Below are positions 47,455-60,275 of a DNA stretch of 64,000 nucleotides, piece by piece. Under the pieces are notes generated by a model that was not told the origin of the DNA, did no database searches, and saw only the letters and a list, made by a program, of their open reading frames with translations. Location: NCBI GenBank assembly GCA_036785375.1, contig JAWMAR010000069.1:6262001-6326000 (forward strand), read 5' to 3'. The number at the start of each line of letters is the position of its first letter. Positions within the stretch are counted from its first letter, which is position 1. This DNA is from Leucoraja ocellata. Its lineage: Eukaryota. The translations under genes were made by a program, and so were the position numbers.

Positions 47455-48410
47455 ATAACTTGAATAGTTCAGTGGCCTTCATGACCTTGAGGTATCAAAA
47501 GCACTTTGCAAAGCCTGATGTCCCCTACACTTCTCACCAACTTCTTCAGATGCACCATAGAAAGCATTTTATCGGGATGCACCACTGCTTAGTTTTGGGG
47601 ACAGCTCCATCCAAGACCACAAGAAATTACAGCGAATTGTGGACCATCCCAGACCATCACACAAACCAACCTCCCTTCTATTGACTCCTGTTATACTTCA
47701 CACTGCCTCAGCAAGGCCAGCAGCATAATCAAGGAAGAGTCACACCTAGGCACAATTGTTCAGGGACAATTTCTTCCCAGCTGTTATCAGGCAACTGAAG
47801 CATCCAACCACAACCAGAGAGCAGTGCTGAACTACTATCTACCTCTTTGGTGATCCTCGGACTATCCTTGATCGGACTTTGCTGGATTTTCCGTGCACTA
47901 AACGTTATTCCCTTATCGTGTATATATACACTGTAAATGGCTTGATTGTAATCATGTATTGTCTTTCTGCTAACTGGACACAACAAAAGCTTTTCACTGT
48001 ACCTCAGTACATGTGACAATAAACTAAACTGTAAACTGTAAACCATTTAAGTGCTTCAGAAGCTTTTGCATTGTAAGAAACACAACAATTAAATGACCAG
48101 AAATAGCATGTTAATATTTAGATAATCTGTTTCAGTGACGTTCCTTCAGGGATAAGTTTCGGCCAAACACTGGGGAAAAACACCCCTCCTCATCCTCCAT
48201 ATTGTGTCATGGCATCTTAAACATCCAACTAAGGGGACAGACAAGGTCTCAGTTTAACAGCTCATACTAATGACACGACTCGCAACCGTGCAGTGCCGAG
48301 GTAGAACTCAAATGAAGTGTCAGCCTGTATTCTGCCCTCAAGTCCATGGAAAAGCCTCAACCTTCTGACACTGAAGCAGACACATTACCAACTGAGGCAC
48401 AGCTGATGCC
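47455..48410 (-). mobile_element. SacSINE1/DeuSINE-like SINE interrupted by a Rex1 fragment
   Basis: Reverse complement shows a tRNA-like head (cagctgtgcctcagttggtaa) and a Deu-domain-like stretch tgagctgttaaactgagaccttgtctg...aagatgccatgacac...ccccagtgtttggcc...aaacagattatct. Confidence 0.75.
47515..48045 (+). mobile_element. Rex1/Babar LINE 3' end
   Basis: RCTIESILSGC.T.W, HCLSKASSIIK, NFFPAVIRQL, tail catgtgacaataaactaaact. Confidence 0.85.
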
Positions 48411-48493
48411 TTATCTTTTTCCAGACAGGTGATGATGATAGACAAAAGGAATTACTGTGTCAAAAATTGAGGAAAACTGACAGCAGGAGAGAT

Positions 48494-48713
48494 AGACCCA
48501 AAATGCTGGAGTAACTCAGCGGGACAGGCAGCGTCTCTGGAGAGAAGGAATGGGTGACGTTTCAGGTCGAGGTCCTACTGCAGACTGAAGAAGGATCTCG
48601 ACCCATAACATCACCAATCCCTTCTATCCAGAGATGCTGCCTGTCCTGCTGAGTTACTCCAGCACTTAGTCTCTATCTTCGGTGTAAACCAGCATCTGCA
48701 GTTCCTTCCTACA
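48494..48713. mobile_element. Penelope terminal-repeat fold-back with 10-bp TSD
   Basis: caggagagat (48484-48493) / caggagggat (48714-48723); arms meet at cagactgaagaagg. Confidence 0.85.
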
Positions 48714-49099
48714 CAGGAGGGATGTAGCCTGGTATGAAGAATATTTCTGATTATGCATTTTCTAGCAGGTATGCTAATTAACTTTAATTATGCCATTGAG
48801 GACAATGACTTTTCCAAGTGAACTTGTCAAATGAATGTGTTAGTTTGTTTGAGTTTTAGAACCGTCAGTTGGAGTGCATGAGCCTGTGATTGTACAGTGA
48901 GGTCAAGCAATCGTATTACAAAGGGAAACAGCTCTCTGCACTATGAGATCAAAGAGAAAGCCTTGCACAAGGTGTCAATTGCTGTTAATGTGAACGTCTT
49001 TGGTTCTGTTATAATAGAATACTGGCAATCCAGGATTTTAATTATAAAATATTAAACATTGAAACTGAACAAAGTGGATGGTGAAAAGCAGCCATTTTA

Positions 49100-49922
49100 A
49101 ACAGAATGTCCCAATGTCTTTTAAATGTTGTCATTGTACCAGCCTCAACCACTTCCTCTGGCAGTTCGTTCCACATTCTGTGTGAAAAAGGTTCTGGTTA
49201 AACCTTTCCCCTCTCAATGTAAATCTATATCCTCTAGTTCTTGATTCTCTAGCCTTGGATAAAAGATTGGCATTCACCCTATCTATATGTCTCATGGTTT
49301 TATACACATCTATAAGATCACACTTCAGTCTCCTATGCTCCAGGTGGCGCCGACAATGGCTGACTCGCCAACGGTCTCTCTCGTCATTTTCCTTCTTTGT
49401 TGTTTTTAGTTTATTGTAAGATGTATGTTTTAGTGTACTTTTAGTTTTGTATTATGTGGGTGTGGGTGTGTGTGGGGGGGGGGGGGGGGGGGGGGGGTGT
49501 AGTGGAAACCTCCTCTGGCAGTGTATTCCAGGCACCTTCTCTGCAAAAGCCGTGCCCTGCAAATCTCCTTTAAATTTTGCCTCTCTTACCCTAAAGCTAT
49601 GCCCTCTAGTTTTTTACATTTCCACGATGGGATTAGGTTTCTGACCTTATCTACACATCTCATCATCTTATTATCCTTCTATCAGCCTCTGTTGCACCAG
49701 TGAAATCACTCAGTTTGTCCAACCACTCCCTATAGTTTATACTGCCTAATCTCGGCAACATTCTGGTAAACCTCATCTGCACCCTTTCCAAAGCTTCCAT
49801 ATCCTTCCTGTAACAGGCTGATCAGAACTGCACACAATACTCTAATTGCTGCTGAACCAAAGTTCAATAAAGCTACAACATGACTTCCTGACTCTTGTAA
49901 CTAATGCCCTGACTGATGTAGG
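49100..49922 (-). mobile_element. CR1 LINE fragments with an inserted GC-rich element head (49343-49500, +)
   Basis: ccacttcctctggcagttcgttcca, ctgcaccctttccaaagc, cagaactgcacacaatactc; the insert starts caggtggcgccgacaatggctgactcgccaac. Confidence 0.75.
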
Positions 49923-50089
49923 CAGTGGCGGACTGGCCAGGGTGTCAGCTTACCCGATGGCAAGTGGGCCCCTGATGAAGTGATGGCAAGTGATGGCAAG
50001 TGGGCTCCTGTTAAATGATAGCATTGTAGTTGTGGGTGGGCCCCCTTTGTCTCCTGGCAACCAATATTTTTAGACCCAGTCTGCCACTG
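49923..50089. mobile_element. hAT-family MITE
   Basis: TIRs cagtggcggactgg / ccagtctgccactg; 8-bp TSD gatgtagg at 49915-49922 and 50090-50097. Confidence 0.92.
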
Positions 50090-50099
50090 GATGTAGGTA

Positions 50100-50392
50100 T
50101 GCAGATGGCAGATTGGTGCAGCAGTGGAGTTGCTGTCTTACAGTTCCTGAGACCTGAGTTTGATCCTGACCACGGGTGTTGTATGTATTGGAGTTTGCAT
50201 ATTCTTTCATTGTCCATGTGGGTTTTCCCCGTGGGGTTTCCTCCCCCATTCCAAAGGCATGAGGTTTTTAGGTTACATGGCTTCTGTTAATTGTCCCTAT
50301 TATGTCGGATAGAACTAGTGTATGGCATATCGCTGGTTGATAAGGAGACGGTGGGCCGAAGGGCTTGTTTCCACGCTGTATCTCTAACCCAA
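50100..50392 (+). mobile_element. HE1-type V-SINE
   Basis: Head, V-domain, gtgggccgaaggg tail. Confidence 0.85.
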
Positions 50393-51309
50393 ACCATACA
50401 CTTTCTTTTGGTGTGAAGGTCATGAAATCCTAATTAAGACATGCTGTTTTCTGTTCTTCCATTGTATTTCATTAGAGTGCAGGATGCAAAGGACAAAGAG
50501 TGGGACAAAGTTGGAGGTCTCCAGATTTTGGACAAAGGAGAATGGAGCGTGGATAGGCAAGTGTGTACATGAGCAACACCTCCCTATAGCCACCAGTGGT
50601 GGCTCTACCTTGCATGGGGAGTGAGATTCTCGAAGAAATCGCCAGGGGTGTTTTTCAATCGTTAATGACCAAACCTTACAATTACAATTTGAAAGCAAAG
50701 TAGTTTTGTGCTCATTTGTTTTTTTTAATAAACAAATTTCCTTTTAGCTTGAAGCAGATTTCATGTAATGTTTTCTTGTGTGGGTGAAATTATACTGAGT
50801 CAAATAGATTTAAGAAGAATCATGTGTTGTAATTTAAGTCTCATTGATTTTTTTTTAAAACCAGACATGCATCATGCCATTTTGCTAACTTTCGCACATT
50901 TCAGCATAAAATGATGCTGAAAGAAATTGATTTCCATATGAAGTTCAGGCAGCAAGTAGCGTGAAACATTAGTCCAGCCCTTACATTGCTGTTTAGAAAT
51001 TGCTGGTTTAATTACATTGCATGATGTTGCACATTGTTGAGAGGTAGCCAGTTTTCTTGATGCATCTACAATGCGCAATGTATAGGAGCTGCAGACCTTT
51101 TTTTTCAATTCACTGATATCCCAGAAACCAGGTCAACATTTGTGCAAGGTAGACACAAAATGCTGGAGTAACTCAGCAGGACAGGCAGCATCTCTGGAGA
51201 TGGCTGACGTTTTGGGTCGAGACCCTTATGCTCCATCTTGCCTCTGCATTTGAAAGAAATGGCTGTCGGGAAATGCAGCACCACCATTTACTCATGAATG
51301 GAAACATCG

Positions 51310-52070
51310 GGATGTACCTTTAGAAAGGGGACGAGAAGGAATTTATTTTGTCAGATGGTGATGGACATTGGAACTCATTGCCCCAGGTGGCTGTGCAGTC
51401 CAAGGTATTTTTAAAACGGAGATTGACACATTCTTGATTAGTAAGGATGTCAAAGGTTCGGGGAGAAGGCAGGAGAATGGGGTTGACAGGGAAAGCTTGA
51501 CCAGCCATGATTGAATAGCGGAGTAGACTCAATGGGTTGAATGGCCTAATTCTGCTCCTATGATTTATGGACTTCTAACAGCAAGGCGAAAAAGGCTGTA
51601 TGCTTGTAGATGGGATTAGTGATTCTGACCTTGGGTGCTGTCTGCATGAAGTTTGGATGTTCTCCTTGAAACCACAGAGGTTTCTGCTGGGTGCTCTGCT
51701 TTCCTTCCACATCACCTGATAGTGAAAGGCCTGGATGGAGTGGATGTGGAGAAGATGTTTCCACTAGTGGAAAGTGCAGGAGCAGAGGCCACAGCCTCAG
51801 AATAAAAGGACGTACCTTTACAAAGGAGATGAGGAGGAATTTCTTTAGTTAGAGGGTGGTGAATCCACAAAATTCATTGCCACAGGAGACCAAGTCAATG
51901 GATATTTTTTTTTCGGAGATTGATAGATTCTTGATTGGTACGGGTGTCAGAGGTTATGGAGAGAAGGTAGGAGAATGGGGTTGAGAGGGAAAAATAGATC
52001 AGCCATGATTGTATGGCAAAGTGGACTTGGTGGGCCAAATGGCCTAATTCTGCTCAGAGAACATATGGTC
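51310..52070 (+). mobile_element. Two CR1 3' fragments flanking an HE1 fragment (about 51585-51715)
   Basis: Two copies of gagattga...ggagaatggggttga...cagccatgatt...ggcctaattctgctc. Confidence 0.85.
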
Positions 52071-52369
52071 ACTTGACATCAGTACATCCTGTGCTCAACA
52101 ACATAGATTCAGAACACGATAATACAACAAACTGGTTGTGTGAAATTTTGACTAGAGAGTTGTGCAGGAAAAGGACAGAAAGTGCAGAAGAGTGAGCTAG
52201 TTTTAATTCATTTTGTTTTTTTGGCAGCCAGAATGAGCAGGAATTCACATCCAGAGGTTCGAAGGGAACGTATGTTCTTCCCTGATATTAAAATGCAATG
52301 GCCCCTGTTTCAGCCAGTGTTTGTGACAATTGATTTAAAGTTCCAAGATATCTCCCAGAAACAAGTTCA

Positions 52370-52793
52370 AAATTCCCGCGTCGGGGCGATCGAAGTTCCT
52401 GCGGCTTGGAGTTCCCAATGTCGGTCTCTAACCAGAGACTGCGAGCTCCACAATGTTAAAGTCTGTAGAGCTCAGAGGTCAATCCCTGGCAAAGGGATCG
52501 GGGGCTCCACAATGGTAAGTCCACAGGCACCCGCGGTAGAACTCTCGAAATTGGTCTCCAGCAAAGGCCGCCAACTCCTCGATGTTAGGCTGCAGTGTGG
52601 ACGGAGATACGATACGGAAAAAAAATCGCATCTCTATCGAGGTAAGAGATTAGAAAAAGTTTCCCCCCACCCCCCCACATAAAACAAGCTAAAGAACACT
52701 AAAAACATACATTTAACAAACACTAAAAAAAAACGAAGAAGAAATTGTCAGACAGACTGTTGGCGAGGCAGCCATTGCTGGCGACACCTGGTG
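52370..52793 (-). mobile_element. GC-rich non-autonomous element 5' part
   Basis: Sense start caccaggtgtcgccagcaatggctgcctcgccaacagtc matches the 49343 head; T-tract and G-run as in 41655-42578. Confidence 0.7.
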
Positions 52794-52859
52794 ATTCGAA
52801 TAATTACTAAACAGCTCACAAGCTACTGGAGGAAACAAAGCAGAAACTTTTTTATCATT

Positions 52860-53069
52860 AATGTTTAAGAAGGAACTGCAGATGCTGGAAAATCGAAGGT
52901 AGACAGAAATGCTCGAGAAACTCAGCGGGTGAGGCAGCATCTATGGAGTGAAGGAAATAGGCAACGTTTCGGGCCTGAAGAAGGGTTTTGGCCTGAAATG
53001 TTGCCTATTTCCTTAGCTCCATAGATGCTGCCTCACCTGTTAACTTTCTCTAGCATTTTTGTCTACCTT
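52860..53069. mobile_element. Penelope terminal-repeat fold-back with 14-bp TSD
   Basis: acttttttatcatt (52846-52859) / acttttttattatt (53070-53083). Confidence 0.85.
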
Positions 53070-53490
53070 ACTTTTTTATTATTCATTGGCTTTAAAAATG
53101 TCAGGATATTCTGAAACACTTTACAAACAATTTAAGTGTAGTCATCATTAGAAAGTATAATTCATCCAGCAGATTGTTTATACACGGCATGTCAAGCAGG
53201 TTAGATAAATAGACAGCATGCTTATTTTTTAAACTACCCTTAGGCTTAAGTAAGGAGTATTACTTTAGATTAAAAGTTATCCAGGTGCTCCTTTTACTGA
53301 TGAACATAGAGAGTTCTGTACATGATGTTAAGTGTTGAGGCATTGGTCTTTCTGAATAGCAGCTCTGCCATTCCACCATCTCTCTGTTTCTTGTAGCACC
53401 ATATGCACCCACGAAGATCTAATATCCAATACTAATAACCGGTGCAACACTCATTATTCTATTAGCACATGTTATCAGAGATTAAGGAGA

Positions 53491-53590
53491 GGTCTGAAGA
53501 AGGGTCCCGTCCCGAAATGTCGCCTATCCATTTTCTCTAGAGTTGCTGCCTGACTCGCTGAGTTAATCCAGCACTTTGTGTCTATCCTTG
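53491..53590 (+). mobile_element. Penelope-derived mini-element
   Basis: ggtctgaagaagggtcccgtcccgaaatgtcgcc. Confidence 0.8.
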
Positions 53591-54059
53591 AGATCTGATT
53601 GATACTTTTGTGCTTCAGGCTGTTTTATTGGTGTTGTCAGTTTACAGAGAACATCGTCAGTGGGAAACCACAATCGTGTAATTCTTAACACAAACCTTCC
53701 AATGGCAAATCTTGGTGGGGATCGAGTCTTATTTTCTTACTCTAATGAGACCATTTGTCTTGCATGGGACAAACATCTGATAACGCAACACATATAAAGG
53801 GGAAACATTACTTTAACGTACTGGCAAACATTATCTGAAGTAAATTCATCAAAGAGAAAAATATTGGCATTGCAATCAATACTGACATTAGAACACACTT
53901 ACTGCAAAGAGAGATATTGAAAACATTTTGGAAATGTGATGAAATGCCAATGTGTGACACAATGCCATACACATTTTGACGAAATATTTTATGTGGCTCA
54001 CATTGGCAAAAGACGATTTTTCCAATTTTTGACCCAAGTTCTGTCCCGAACTGTTGGCT

Positions 54060-54385
54060 TGGGCAGTGGCACAGCAGTAAAGATGCTGCCTTACAGAGCT
54101 AGATACCCGAGTTTTATCCAAGCTATGGATGCTGCCCGTATAGAGTTTGTACTTTTTCCCTGTGACTGCATTGGTTTTCTTCGGGTGCTCCAGTATCCCC
54201 CCACATTCCAAAGATGTACAGGTTTGTATATTAATTGGCTTCTGTAAATTGCCCCTAATGTGTAGGACATAGTGTGAATGGCGTGTGTCCATATTCTCCA
54301 GAGATGCTGCCTGATTTTCTGAGTTACTCCAGCACTTTGTGCCATTTTGTACATTCACCAGCATCTGCAGTTTTTTGGTTCTTCA
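54060..54385 (+). mobile_element. HE1 SINE followed by Penelope repeat end
   Basis: HE1 to about 54275, then ccatattctccagagatgctgcc...catctgcag. Confidence 0.8.
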
Positions 54386-54577
54386 AATGGAGGAAAGATA
54401 TGACAGAGGGTAGAAAGCAGTGGAGATACAAAGGGATAAGAGTGCAAAGCTAAAGTTAGTGGCAATATGCCCATAGGATGCAAAGGATGGGACTGGCAGG
54501 AGTACAATTGGAAGAAGCAGAATCATTATCTTAAACCAAGAGCTGGCTTGAGAAGCTAATGCAAATGGTCAAAAAAG

Positions 54578-55290
54578 GAAGGACAAGGACAAAGGACAAA
54601 GGACGTTTATTGTCACATACACCAATTGGTGTAGTAAAATTTGAGTTGCCATTGCAGCACACAAATAAATATAAAACACAACAATAAACAATAAAAACAT
54701 CCCCCCACAATGGTTCCCACTGTGAGAGAAGGCAGCAAAGTCCAGTCCTCTTCCTCTGTGTTCACCTGTGGTCGGGGCCTATTTGAGGCCTCCGCAGTCG
54801 CCGCAACGGTGGCCCGATGTTTCAAGCCCTCTTGCTGGATGATGGAGCTCCGGCATCGGAAGAACACTCTTCAGTGGCTTGGAGTGTCTGGAACAGCTGC
54901 TTCCCACTGGAGACCGCGGCTCCCAAAGTCCATAGCCCGCACTTGTCGGAGCTCCAACACTGGCGATCTCTGCGAAAGATCCCAGGCTCCGTGGTGTTTA
55001 AAATCAACACCGCCGCGGCTGGACGCTCCGCAGACCCCACAGCTGCACGATATTGGAGTCGGCGGTCTCAGCACTCCGGAGCTTACCACACAGCGGCCCT
55101 CAGTAAGGCATCGCCCGCTCCACGATGGTGTTTCAGCGCTGCGCCTCTGCCGAAGCTGAAGATTCTGGCTGGTCCCGGCAGGTAACGCCGCTCCAGTCCA
55201 GGTGATAGGCCGCAAGGAGAGGGCGAAGATGCGGCTCAGAGGAAAGACGCATTTCCGACCAGGTAGGGACTGAGAAAAATAGTTTCTCAG
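54578..55290 (-). mobile_element. GC-rich non-autonomous retroelement
   Basis: Tail tgtgacaataaacg + (tccttt g)n; shares blocks with 41655-42578 (cgcagtcgccgc...ggtggcccgatgtt, ggcatcgcc...tttcagcgctg). Confidence 0.75.
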
Positions 55291-55414
55291 TTATCATTCG
55301 AGATTATGTTGAGTTTCATGGTCTTCACAACCTCTTAAAACTGACTACAGTCACATTCCAAACACCATACACATATTTACAATGAAGAAACAGATCATTC
55401 TGCCCAATAGATCC

Positions 55415-55690
55415 ATGCTCTGTGTGTATGAAAATGTATGTATTTGAGAATGTGAATAAATATATGTGACCAAATATCTGTCTGGAGTTGTGTGCATGTA
55501 TGTGTGTGTCTGTGTGTTTAGATGAGAATGTTATTGTGTATGTGTGTGTTCAGAGGTGTGTGTGTATATGTGAGGGTGTGTGTGTAGTATGTGCATGTGT
55601 CATGTGTAAGTGCTAATGTGTATGTGTTAATGTGTGTGTGTGCGTGCACAAGCACACATATGTAGTAGTATATGTGCACTCATGGAGGTA
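55415..55690. repeat. Degenerate (TG)n-rich simple repeat
   Basis: Direct reading. Confidence 0.85.
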
Positions 55691-55715
55691 TTGCATTCTT
55701 GAATGTGTATTAAAT

Positions 55716-55842
55716 GTATAAGAAGGAACTGCAGATGCTGGTTTAAACCGAAGATAGACACAAAAAGCTGGAGTAACTCAGCAGGACAGACAGCATCTCT
55801 GGAGAGAACGAATGGGTGACGTTTTGGATCGAGACCCTTCTG
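55716..55842 (-). mobile_element. Penelope-derived mini-element
   Basis: aagaaggaactgcagatgctgg...gggtgacgttttggatcgagacccttct. Confidence 0.85.
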
Positions 55843-56153
55843 AGGACAGGGTCAATAAAGAGAAGAAAATTAGGAATAGTAATTAATGATGAAAACTGAT
55901 ATGATCATGAGAATATAATTAGAAATATTGCATCAGGACAATCAAAATGCCCAGAACCATGAAGTGGGAGGAAGTAGATGGTACAAATGAACTGACATTG
56001 AAGATTAGGCTATAAATTCAAATGAATAATAATTAAGGTCATAAGGCAAGGTGCAGGTGGACAGACCTAGCAAACAAAAATAATTAGGAAACCAATATGA
56101 GACGCATAAATTGGCTCAACATTTCAAGCAGAGGAGGCTGTGAAGGGTGGTGA

Positions 56154-56465
56154 AGGGGCAGCATGGTGGCACAGCGGTAGAGTTGCTGCTTTACAGCACC
56201 AGGGACCCCAGTTCGATCCTGACTCTGGTCTGGGTGCTTGTCTTTATGAAATTTATATGTTGTCCCCGTGACCCACATGTCTTTTCACCGACATCTTCGG
56301 TTTCCTCCCACACTCCAAAGACATACAGGTTTGTAGGTTAATTGGTTTGGTATAAATGTAAATTGTCCCTAGTGTGTGTAGGATAGTGTTAATGTAGGTG
56401 ATCGCTGGTCAGTGCGGACTCGGTGGGCCGAAGGACCTGATTCCGTGCTGTATCTCTAAACTAAA
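56154..56465 (+). mobile_element. HE1-type V-SINE (full length)
   Basis: Head with agttcgatcc, V-domain, tail. Confidence 0.9.
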
Positions 56466-56529
56466 ACAGAAGTAGTGGGATGCCATATGAATGTTTCAAT
56501 TATAAAGAACTTGTGGCTCACAGTAATTG

Positions 56530-56752
56530 AATCAGTTTATTGTCACATGTACCGAGGTACACGGATAAGCTTTTGCTGCATGCTGACCAGTCAGCAGAAA
56601 GACAATACATGGATACAATTGATCCATTTACAGTGTATAGATACATGATAAGGAAATAACGTTTAGTGCAAGATAAGGCCAGCAAAATCCGATCAAGGAT
56701 AGTCTGAGGGTCATCAAAGAGGTAGATAGTAGTTCAGCACTGCTCTCTGGTC
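56530..56752 (-). mobile_element. Rex1/Babar 3' UTR fragment
   Basis: Reverse complement of 47815-48030. Confidence 0.85.
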
Positions 56753-57821
56753 GATGAAAGATTATTTTTCAGTAACCCTGAGGTGATTGTGGTGCTACAG
56801 TTGATATGGTTATGTTTAGATGACCAAGCAGCATGGATACAAGATGCACAGGCAGCCCAATGCCAGTGCAGAAATGGACACATAGTCAGATGCAGCAGAA
56901 GCAAAAGAAAGAATCTGAAAATGTGCTGAGTGCAATCTCAAGATTCTTATAACAGTTGTGAGCTTCATCTGTTCTTGAAATTAATTATGTAATTGAACAC
57001 TGACTGTTAGATTGCTCCCGCAGTTAGTTATTATGTAGGCAATGCACAAAAAAATGGTAACAATAATATTTAACACAGTTACTGTGTTTCCTGTTCAGTG
57101 AATAACCTACTGCACACCAAAATTGCATTTACTTATCAGGATCCAGTGGCACAATACAAGCAATTTACAATGCTGTGATAGCACATTAATTATAGTGTCA
57201 CAGTAGACGGTTGCAGAACGATATGAGCTATGATGAAGTGTTTAAGTGATGAATGGTAATTCAACAAAAATGGAAGATTTTTCCCACCACAGACATCTAA
57301 TATTCCTGGCTGATGCATGGCACATATAAGTGCAAACTAAATGCTCCCATCAGTCTCAAACCCAGAATTGCCCATCTCCAATTACAGCATTGTAATACTT
57401 TTCATTCTCCATATAGCAGCCATCAGTGGCTATCCTGAAGGATAATATTTCTTGGCGCTGAAGCCAATTATCTTACACTGCCCCCCCTTGCCCACCAGGT
57501 CAACCAGCCAAAGCTGGTGAGCTATTCTCACGCCGACAATCAGATCTTTACCTGCAGTCTGGCATGCTTCCAGGCAGCGTGTTAAAAGGTCAGTGTACTC
57601 TCACAGAGCCCCATTTTTCAATATTTAAATTAAAGCATTCACCATATTTTTTCGTGGAATTAATCATTTGCAACTCAATTATCTTTCCAGGACTCTGTAC
57701 CAATGCGTGTTGTGGCCTTGGGGGAAATAAAGTGACCTTTGCCTTCCCTTGAAGATTAGTAATTACAGGAGCCTGTGTAATGCCCATGAAGTACACAGCC
57801 TAGATCTTGTCTTCGAACCAG

Positions 57822-58130
57822 TTCAGTTTAGTTTAGTTCAGAGATACAGCACGGAAACAGGCCCTTTGGCCCACCGAGTCTGCATCAACCAATCCCATAC
57901 ACTAGCACTATCCTACAAGCTAGGGCCAATTTACTATATTTACCAAAGCTAATTAATGTACAAATCTGTGCTTTTTTGGAATATGGGAGCAAACTGGACA
58001 CCTGGAAAAAACCCATGCGATCACGGGGAGAACGTATAAAGTCTATACAGACAGCACCCATAGTCAGGATCGAACCCGGGTCTCTGGTGCAGTAAGACAG
58101 TAACTCTACCGCTGTGCCACTGTGCCTGCC
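57822..58130 (-). mobile_element. HE1-type V-SINE (full length)
   Basis: Tail to ggatcgaacccgggtctctgg...ctctaccgctgtgccac. Confidence 0.9.
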
Positions 58131-58491
58131 ATGAATATTCACCCCTGTACTGTCAACAATAGTCAATCAAGAAATATTTTATTTTAAATACTCTTTTTCT
58201 GCAATCGAAAAGTAGCTGATTTACTTTCATACCACTTCCATATTTAATTGCATGCAGCATTTGTATGTATTGAAATTATTATTTGGTCCATCACACATAT
58301 TTGTATCTATAACCACTCCAGTGGAACAGATATGAGTTATGTTTTATCACTGAAGGTAGGAAGATCAATATGGCAGACAAAACTTTACCAATTTGAAAGT
58401 CAGTCAAAGGCATTGATCAATTATCAAAAAGGCACAAATTGCTGGAGTAACTCAGCAAGTAAGGTAACATATCTGGAGAACATGGATAGGT

Positions 58492-58519
58492 GACGTTTCA
58501 GGTCGAGACCCTTCTTCAG
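58492..58519 (-). ncRNA. Minimal type I hammerhead ribozyme motif in a PLE mini-element (58430-58520)
   Basis: Reverse complement CUGAAGA A GGGU CUCG ACCU GAAA C GUC. Confidence 0.7.
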
Positions 58520-58621
58520 GTTATTGTTGTTTTCACAGTATGTCAGTGTTTTTAGCAGAGTCACCACTGATCAGTCATCCTTAGTTGCCTTTGATAAGGT
58601 GGTGATGAATTATCTCAGTGG

Positions 58622-58840
58622 GTCTGCAGATGCTGGTTAATAAAACAAGACACAAAGTGCTGGAGTAACTCAGTGGGTCAGGCAGCATCCCTGGAGAACA
58701 TGGATACTGTAGGTGACATTGAGCAGAAGAAAGGTCCTGAAATGTCACCTATCCATGTTCTTCAGAGATGCCGCCTAGCCCGCTGAGTTACTCCAACGCT
58801 TTGCATTTTGTTTTGAAAACCAGAGTGTGCAGTTCCTTGT
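58622..58840. mobile_element. Penelope terminal-repeat fold-back
   Basis: Inverted arms ctgcagatgctgg...gaacatggata / tatccatgttc...gttactcc. Confidence 0.8.
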
Positions 58841-59868
58841 TTATAGTAAAGGAGCTGATTGCCAATGGCATTCTCCTTTAGTTAAATTAGACATGCTGTC
58901 TGTGAGGTGTCAAAACATTAGTGGAACCTCACAAATTGAACAAACCCTGTTGTTTGAACATGGAACAGTACAGCACAGGAAAAGGCCCTTCGGCCCACAA
59001 TGTTGGTGCTTAATATAATGCCAAGATAAATGCCAAGATAAACGAACTTCATCTGCTTACATTGGATTCATAACCCTCCATTCCCCGTTCATACAAGGAA
59101 GATTAAAGAATAGAGGAAGACATGCATCTGGACGCTGAGTTCCTGGTGTTTCATGCTTGTAAATGGTGCTATCTCCTCCCAATCCTATTAGGATCTGGAC
59201 TCCATTTGGAGATAAGCTGTGTATTTTCTCGTCTAATGTGAAGTATACAGGACGTCAAAGTTAATGTAAAATTTACAAAGCTATTTACTGCACAGAGTGT
59301 TTTTTGATCACTGAATACACAGGGTGCACAAATGAGATACACTCGGAGCATGTAGCAAGTGGACGAGGATGGATGTGATATGCAATGTACAAATCAACTG
59401 CTGATGTGTAGTCAGTGATGCCTGGACGTTTTATTTCCTCGTTATCTGAGCAGTGAGTCACCCAGAGACTGTGCCACACGCAAAACACAATCCCAAATGG
59501 TTATCTTCCAGCTAGATACTTATCTACGATGGTTCTGTTCTAACTCCTCTAGTTTGCTGACAAGACGGGTCTCTGAAAGGGGGAAACTTAATTCACTTTT
59601 TGCTACGTTATCGCCTGCCATCTATCTTTCCCCTGCAGCCAGCCACAGTCTCTGTAACGGGGCCTGATTTGCTGGTGCCTAGCAGTAATTGTTTGGCTGC
59701 TGCTGATGCTGAATGAGCAAACAGGTTTTGAGTTGCCAACTGCAAGAGGTCAGAAATAAATTAGCAAGTCGACAAATACATAACTGCACTTCCAATTTCC
59801 ATGTTAAGAGAATTTTGTTTGCCACTGGTTTATCCATGCTGGTTAAACAGCCAAGTGCTCCACGGATA

Positions 59869-60275
59869 CGACTGGACTTGTATTCACTGGAATTTAGAAG
59901 GATAAGAGGGTATCTTATAGAAACATATAAAATTCTTTAGGGATTGGACAGGCTAGATGCAGGAAAAATGGTCCCCATGTTGTGGAAGTCTCCATGTTGC
60001 GGAAGGACTGAGATGAGGAAAAACTTTTTCACCCAGAGAGTTGTGAATCTGTGGAATTCTCTGCAGCAGTTGGCAGTGGAGGCCAATTCACATGATGTTT
60101 TCAAGAGTGTGTAAGGTTTAGCTCTTAGGGCTATAAGAAACAAGAGATATGGGGAAAAAACAGGAATGCGGTACAGATTTTGGAGGATCAGCCATGATCA
60201 TATTGAGCGGCGGTGCCGGCTCGATGGGCTGAATTGCCTACTCCTGACCTATTTTCTATGTTTCTATATTTCTAT
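59869..60275 (+). mobile_element. CR1 LINE 3' portion
   Basis: LDLYSLEFRRIRGYLIETYKIL...FFTQRVVNLWNSL; (tttctatg)n tail. Confidence 0.9.

Noticed and set aside
32259-49498. Poly-G tracts (32259, 47435, 49473) as functional G-quadruplexes
   Set aside because: They lie within or at the edges of TE fragments, homopolymer length is error-prone, and there is no independent support.
52182-52682. 166-aa ORF, and similar ORFs at 42070-42611, 54710-55215 and 60986-61634
   Set aside because: They overlap GC-rich repeats where stop codons are rare; no domain motifs, and frames are not conserved between related elements.
645-58130. tRNA genes
   Set aside because: A/B-box-like sequences are HE1 SINE heads followed by the V-domain and LINE tail; no complete cloverleaf.
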